This document shows positions 59,854 through 64,000 of a stretch of DNA of 64,000 nucleotides, in pieces. The notes beneath the pieces are model-generated. The model was not told the DNA's origin. It made no database searches and worked only from the letters and a program-made list of their open reading frames with translations. The DNA is from Gammaproteobacteria bacterium. GTDB lineage: Bacteria > Pseudomonadota > Gammaproteobacteria > UBA4575. The position numbers and the translations under genes were made by a program. Every line of letters starts with the position of its first letter. Within the stretch, counting starts at the first letter, position 1. The DNA is taken from contig CBDCUI010000009.1 of the NCBI GenBank assembly GCA_965222615.1, forward strand, positions 604,264 to 668,263. The letters run 5' to 3'.

Positions 59854-59887
59854 CATCGTCCCTGATGCAACTCTTACTCACACATCC
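59854..59887. repeat. 34-nt repeat copy B, flanked by a 13-nt fragment of the tRNA-Ser 5' end (59900-59912)
   Basis: CATCGTCCCTGATGCAACTCTTACTCACACATCC matches 27386-27419 at 31 of 34 positions. CCGGCATCTCTCC exactly matches the tRNA 5' end. Confidence 0.7.
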
Positions 59888-60117
59888 ATGTGTTCGCTAC
59901 CGGCATCTCTCCACACTTGTGAGCGGGTATTGCTCGCAAATTAATTATCGCGTAGCGATTCAATACTCTATCTTATGCAAATTAAGTATATCGCAGCTAC
60001 TCCACTTTAATAATAGTTATTGGAGGATTGCAAAACATTCCCACGAAAATTACTCAACAGTCGTGCACATCATCCATGATGCGATCTTTCTCGTGAATCC
60101 ATTCACTTGTAATTGAG

Positions 60118-60456
60118 TCAGGAACTTTTGCCTTTGTCGTTGCTTGGATTATATATAGAAGATGGGAAATGAGCGACATTTTCACCGGCGTCAGATATTT
60201 TTGCGACACCTTGCTTGTCGACTTCATCAATTCGAATAATGGCATGCATCGGAACAAAAAAACGTTTAACCTGATCAAATTCAGACTTGAGCTTTTCTTC
60301 ACTAGGATCAACTACAACACTAGTCCGTTCGTCAAATGTCAGACCTTCTATGGTAATGAAACCATACAAATCTGATTGATACACTTGCTGTGCGTAAATC
60401 TCAAAAACTTTGTTTTGATTATAAAAACTTATTTTATAGATCGTCTTTTTTGGCAT
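60118..60456 (-). CDS. Hypothetical protein
   Basis: 112-aa ORF. No motif. Confidence 0.3.
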   Translation of the reverse strand: MPKKTIYKISFYNQNKVFEIYAQQVYQSDLYGFITIEGLTFDERTSVVVDPSEEKLKSEFDQVKRFFVPMHAIIRIDEVDKQGVAKISDAGENVAHFPSSIYNPSNDKGKSS

Positions 60457-60492
60457 AAGAAATATTAAGCACTCATTTTTTCTAAAAGACTA

Positions 60493-61224
60493 TTAAACCG
60501 CAATTGTCTTCTTAGGATCAAATCTCTTAACTAATTGATAGCCTTTATAACCGCGTGGATTACATACTACACGGACCCCATGTTTTGTATAGTCACAGGA
60601 GCGGTGTATATGTCCATGCACCCATAAATCTATTTGTTTATCCTTTAACATTGGTTCTAATTCATTGCAATAAGCATATTTTATATAATCATCTTCTTCT
60701 GATTCCCAACTTTTCAATGAAGGGGCATGGTGTGTAACGACTACTGTGGATCCTTGATGTGGTTTACTCAGCTCTCTTTCTAACCATTTTTTTGAGCTTT
60801 GATTTAATTTCATTAGCTGTTGTGGCGTAACGAGGTCTTCATCCAAAAAAATATAGCGAAAGTCATTCATTACACTTTGAAGTTCTTCTAACTGTTCTTT
60901 ATCACCACATTCATTAAAATCTGCCCAAAGTGTACAGCCAATAAACCTAACACCATCAATTTCCACACTATCTTTTTCTAGATAATGTACATTACTGCCT
61001 TTGCTACTATTAATTAGGACATTATTTAAGTCTTTAATTTCAAATCCCCAATATTCATGATTTCCCGCCACATAAATAATCGGCACATTCAAGGTTTGCA
61101 ACCATTCTAAGCCTTCTGTACCGACACCTATGTCACCTGCTGCAATTACCACATCACACCCATTGATTGGTAATTCAAACTTACCAAATTCCAGATGAAC
61201 ATCAGAAATAACCTGTATTTTCAT
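60493..61224 (-). CDS. Calcineurin-like metallophosphoesterase
   Basis: VISDVHLE, GDIGVG, GNHEYW, HHAP, GHIH motifs. Confidence 0.7.
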   Translation of the reverse strand: MKIQVISDVHLEFGKFELPINGCDVVIAAGDIGVGTEGLEWLQTLNVPIIYVAGNHEYWGFEIKDLNNVLINSSKGSNVHYLEKDSVEIDGVRFIGCTLWADFNECGDKEQLEELQSVMNDFRYIFLDEDLVTPQQLMKLNQSSKKWLERELSKPHQGSTVVVTHHAPSLKSWESEEDDYIKYAYCNELEPMLKDKQIDLWVHGHIHRSCDYTKHGVRVVCNPRGYKGYQLVKRFDPKKTIAV

Positions 61225-61395
61225 TAATACTAGTGATTTAAGTAGCTATTGTTTGGATAAAACAAATTAGTTGATAATCAATGTCTTATTGATGCCTGAG
61301 AGCATATATTAAAACAGATATCGTGGGCTTGAGGAGAAAAAAAACACTAACTGAGGGATAAGCCAGACTAAGTGCTTAATTATCCTTATCTGCAA

Positions 61396-61430
61396 AGAAA
61401 AAACGCCACGCAAAAGCGTGGCGTTTTTTC
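61396..61430. terminator. Bidirectional rho-independent terminator (AAAAAACGCCACGC-AAAA-GCGTGGCGTTTTTT)
   Basis: Perfect 8-bp GC-rich stem with an A-run before and a T-run after. Lies between convergent genes. Confidence 0.75.
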
Positions 61431-61451
61431 TAGAAAATATTTAATAATCGC

Positions 61452-62516
61452 TTAGAACTTCAGACCCAAGGCGTTAATAGTCTCCAAAGTCACAAAGTTA
61501 GTGCCATATGCAAGGCCCTTACGTTTAGCAAAACATTGTGCGCCTCTAAAAGTACATGGTCCCATAATTCCATCGACTTCACACTGGTAACAACCATGTT
61601 TCTTCAAAGCTCTTTGTAATTGAGTTACATTTTGGGTAGTCATGTTAACCTGACACAGTACTGGCGCCCAGGTTAACTGTTCTTGCCGAACCATTTCAGT
61701 ACGTGTAACGGTTCCATATTCTTCTGGAACTTTAATGCGCTTTTCTTGTGCAGCTGTAACTAACTCAGTTACCTCTACTGTTTTATATTCCGCAGGTGTA
61801 GTTACCTTTTTAGTAGTAGCAGGACTAACCAAAACAGTCTTTGTAACAGTCTTGTACTCAGCAGGAATTTCAACAAGACACATTAATTCACCGGTATCAG
61901 TCACCCTGGTACCGACAACTTTTTGGTTTCCAAATCGACTTTGTATCGCAGCAGCACTATCACCACCTGCTGCGCCTACTCCTGCACCTGCAGCATCAAT
62001 GCCAGCACCTTTCTTCCAGACAGTACGCGCAGGCGAAACTTGTACACGTTCAGTTTTGGTTCCATATTTAGCTGGCACCTGTACCAGTTTTGTTGTTTCC
62101 GGTTTCACCATAACTCGTTTAGTAACGGTCCTATAGGTAGCAGGAATAATCTGTATTTTTTCTGATGCTTCTTTTTTAACAACTTTTTCTGTCACAGTAC
62201 GATGTTCAGCAGGAACTAGCATACGTGCATAACATTCACCCGGGCGCGCATTCGGTGGATATAAATCCCCAGATGCAGCAGCAGGTGCAGTTTCTTGTGA
62301 TCCAGCGCTTTGCTCTGCCATCATTCTTTCTTTTTTTGCAAGCTCATGCTCTCGCATATTGAGCTCACGTTCACGTTCCATCATTTCAGCTTCAGAAGCT
62401 GTCATTTCTGCATCGCCTTCCGCTTCCATTGATTCAGCTGTTTCAGTGGTAGTCTGACAAGATGCTAGGAACAAAGCAGCTAATAATGCTGCAATTAGCA
62501 TGCTAATTCGTTTCAT
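61452..62516 (-). CDS. Repeat-containing lipoprotein with a C-terminal peptidoglycan-binding (PG_binding_1-like) domain
   Basis: Lipobox LASC; acidic Met/Glu-rich coiled segment; at least five tandem P-A-x-Y-x-T-V-T-x-x-V units; C-terminal LQRALKKHG..VDGIMGPCT motif. Confidence 0.55.
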   Translation of the reverse strand: MKRISMLIAALLAALFLASCQTTTETAESMEAEGDAEMTASEAEMMERERELNMREHELAKKERMMAEQSAGSQETAPAAASGDLYPPNARPGECYARMLVPAEHRTVTEKVVKKEASEKIQIIPATYRTVTKRVMVKPETTKLVQVPAKYGTKTERVQVSPARTVWKKGAGIDAAGAGVGAAGGDSAAAIQSRFGNQKVVGTRVTDTGELMCLVEIPAEYKTVTKTVLVSPATTKKVTTPAEYKTVEVTELVTAAQEKRIKVPEEYGTVTRTEMVRQEQLTWAPVLCQVNMTTQNVTQLQRALKKHGCYQCEVDGIMGPCTFRGAQCFAKRKGLAYGTNFVTLETINALGLKF

Positions 62517-62807
62517 AGTTAGTAGTCTCCCTAGGGATTAATTATTGAATTTTCTATTGTTTTAGAAATATATCATTCAAGAAATATTTTTAAGATCCAG
62601 CTATTGTAAACTAAAGTTAAAACTTATTTAATAACAAAATTAATCATTGCCACAAAATTATTTACTGTGAATACATGATGTTAGACAATTTATGCAGAAT
62701 TAGCAGAAAATAAATATAAGACATAATATCATTCAAACGCGTTGCTAGAGTATGAGGTTAGCCGGAAAAGGAAAGTAATTAAACAACCAAACTATTTATG
62801 ATTATAA

Positions 62808-63155
62808 TCATTTACTGGTCTGCCTGACCAATACCACTAGTTTCTGATAGCAGGGACCGATACTTTTAATTATCTCCTGCTGAGTCTTTGTCGACCGTAA
62901 TATTTCCAGACATAACTCTTCCAAACTTCGCGCAGTATTGGATATTTTATCTAAACCATAAGAACCTGCCGAACCGGCTAGTTTATGACTGTGAGTACGT
63001 AACAACTCTAAATGAGTCATTTCAAATGATCCATCAATAATCTTTTGCCAATTTTCATCTAAAATAGCCAACTTTTTCGGTAACGAAGCAACATATTCTC
63101 GCTTGAGCTGGGAAATTTTTTGTTGCGCATCTGGTGATAAGTTAGGCATTTTCAA
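62808..63155 (-). CDS. Hpt (histidine phosphotransfer) domain protein
   Basis: HSHKLAGSAGSYGL phospho-His motif, 115 aa. Confidence 0.65.
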   Translation of the reverse strand: MKMPNLSPDAQQKISQLKREYVASLPKKLAILDENWQKIIDGSFEMTHLELLRTHSHKLAGSAGSYGLDKISNTARSLEELCLEILRSTKTQQEIIKSIGPCYQKLVVLVRQTSK

Positions 63156-64000
63156 CTAGCAATTTATTGATAGCATTAAACAATGATGTCGCTTGTATAG
63201 GTTTTACAATGAAGTCATCACAACCTGCTGCGAGAGCATTTACTTTGTCTTCGCCATTGGTTGATGCAGTCATGCCGATTATCGGGATCTTAGTCTCTGA
63301 CTTACTCAACTGCTTCGCGACATCAATACCATTTAACTTTGGCAACTGCAGATCTAATAGCATTAGATTAAAGTTTCCAGTTTTACATTGCTCCAATGCA
63401 TCATCCCCATCAAAAACTGCAAAACTAGAATACCCAAATTCATGCAAATAAATTTTTAACAGCTCAACTAAATCTTCATCGTCTTCAACAACTAAAATTT
63501 TAATTTCATTATTTGCTGAAAGCTTACTAACCTGTTCAGATACTACCGTAGATACTTGTTTAGCCGGTATCGAAATTGTAAAAACCGAACCTACTCCAAC
63601 CTCAGACTGCAATTCAAGCTCGCCACCTAATTTTTCAACCAGTTGTTTACTAATGGAAAGTCCTAATCCTGCCCCCTTTTGTCCACTAGATTGAATTCGA
63701 CTGAATGCTTCAAATACTGATTGTTTATATTCATCTGAAATGCCTGGACCGGTGTCTACAATACTTACAATAAGCTTATTATCGACCCAATCGACTTTTA
63801 CACTGACTGAACCTTCTCTTGTATATTTAATCGCATTGCTGAAAATATTTATTAATACTTGTTGCAGTCTAATGCGGTCAGATTCTATAACTTTAGGCAA
63901 TTCGTCAACTACTTCAAAAACAAAATTTAATTCTGCTTCTTTTGCCTGTGCTGCAAACATCACCTTAAGGTCATCAAGCAATTCCTCTAAATGAAACGGA
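63142..64000 (-). CDS. Hybrid sensor histidine kinase, partial (HATPase_c plus receiver domain; N-terminus beyond the window end)
   Basis: N, G1 and G2 boxes (NAIKYT, DTGPGI, GLGLSI) and a REC domain (ILVVEDDEDL ... LLDLQLPKLNG ... K). The frame stays open to position 64000. Confidence 0.75.
   Translation of the reverse strand, partial: PFHLEELLDDLKVMFAAQAKEAELNFVFEVVDELPKVIESDRIRLQQVLINIFSNAIKYTREGSVSVKVDWVDNKLIVSIVDTGPGISDEYKQSVFEAFSRIQSSGQKGAGLGLSISKQLVEKLGGELELQSEVGVGSVFTISIPAKQVSTVVSEQVSKLSANNEIKILVVEDDEDLVELLKIYLHEFGYSSFAVFDGDDALEQCKTGNFNLMLLDLQLPKLNGIDVAKQLSKSETKIPIIGMTASTNGEDKVNALAAGCDDFIVKPIQATSLFNAINKLLVENA

Noticed and set aside
27386-59887. The two 34-nt direct repeats (27386 and 59854) as attL/attR of a 32-kb genomic island.
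   Set aside because: The interval contains core genes in conserved order (orn, rsgA, recR-ybaB-dnaX with ffs). A dispersed small repeat or an att remnant is more plausible than a single island.
1-64000. CRISPR arrays, rRNA genes, prophage structural genes.
   Set aside because: No regularly spaced direct repeats with unique spacers, no rRNA-like conserved blocks, and no capsid/terminase/tail gene signatures were seen.

Overview
This is an AT-rich (roughly 40% GC) gammaproteobacterial chromosomal segment. It mixes conserved housekeeping blocks with accessory and mobile DNA.

Core genes I can support: a stand-alone EF-G paralog; the sigma-E stress cluster rpoE-rseA-rseB-degP(mucD)-lepA with a recognisable sigma-E-type autoregulatory promoter; divergent nadB; orn; rsgA; the recR-ybaB-dnaX block with an unannotated SRP RNA (ffs) immediately upstream of dnaX; folP; cpdA; and one tRNA-Ser(GGA).

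The accessory content includes:
- an intact IS3-family element (orfA/orfB with an A-rich slippery site) and an IS30-family element;
- a TetR-controlled gene for a large secreted VIT+VWA protein that ends in a GlyGly-CTERM-like sorting signal;
- a cobalt-uptake module (cbtB-cbtA, a TonB-dependent receptor, and a PepSY membrane protein);
- a tRNA-Ser locus surrounded by repeated tRNA fragments and structured repeat units.

The most interesting locus spans roughly 39.6-48.9 kb. It is a minus-strand operon for a three-subunit cobalt-type nitrile-hydratase-family enzyme with a split beta subunit, which is the thiocyanate hydrolase ScnB/ScnA/ScnC architecture (gamma subunit carries VCTLCSCY). The operon continues with a small accessory protein, a DsrE-like sulfur-carrier protein, an NrtA-type ABC transporter (twin-arginine binding protein, permease, ATPase), and an orphan cbtB. 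A divergent LysR regulator sits upstream. Next to it are a GlcF/HdrD-like CCG iron-sulfur protein and cyanase (cynS).

Read together, this looks like a previously undescribed, cobalt-provisioned thiocyanate/cyanate (C1-N-S) detoxification and assimilation island. Annotations rest on motif and family recognition by eye. No database searches were possible.
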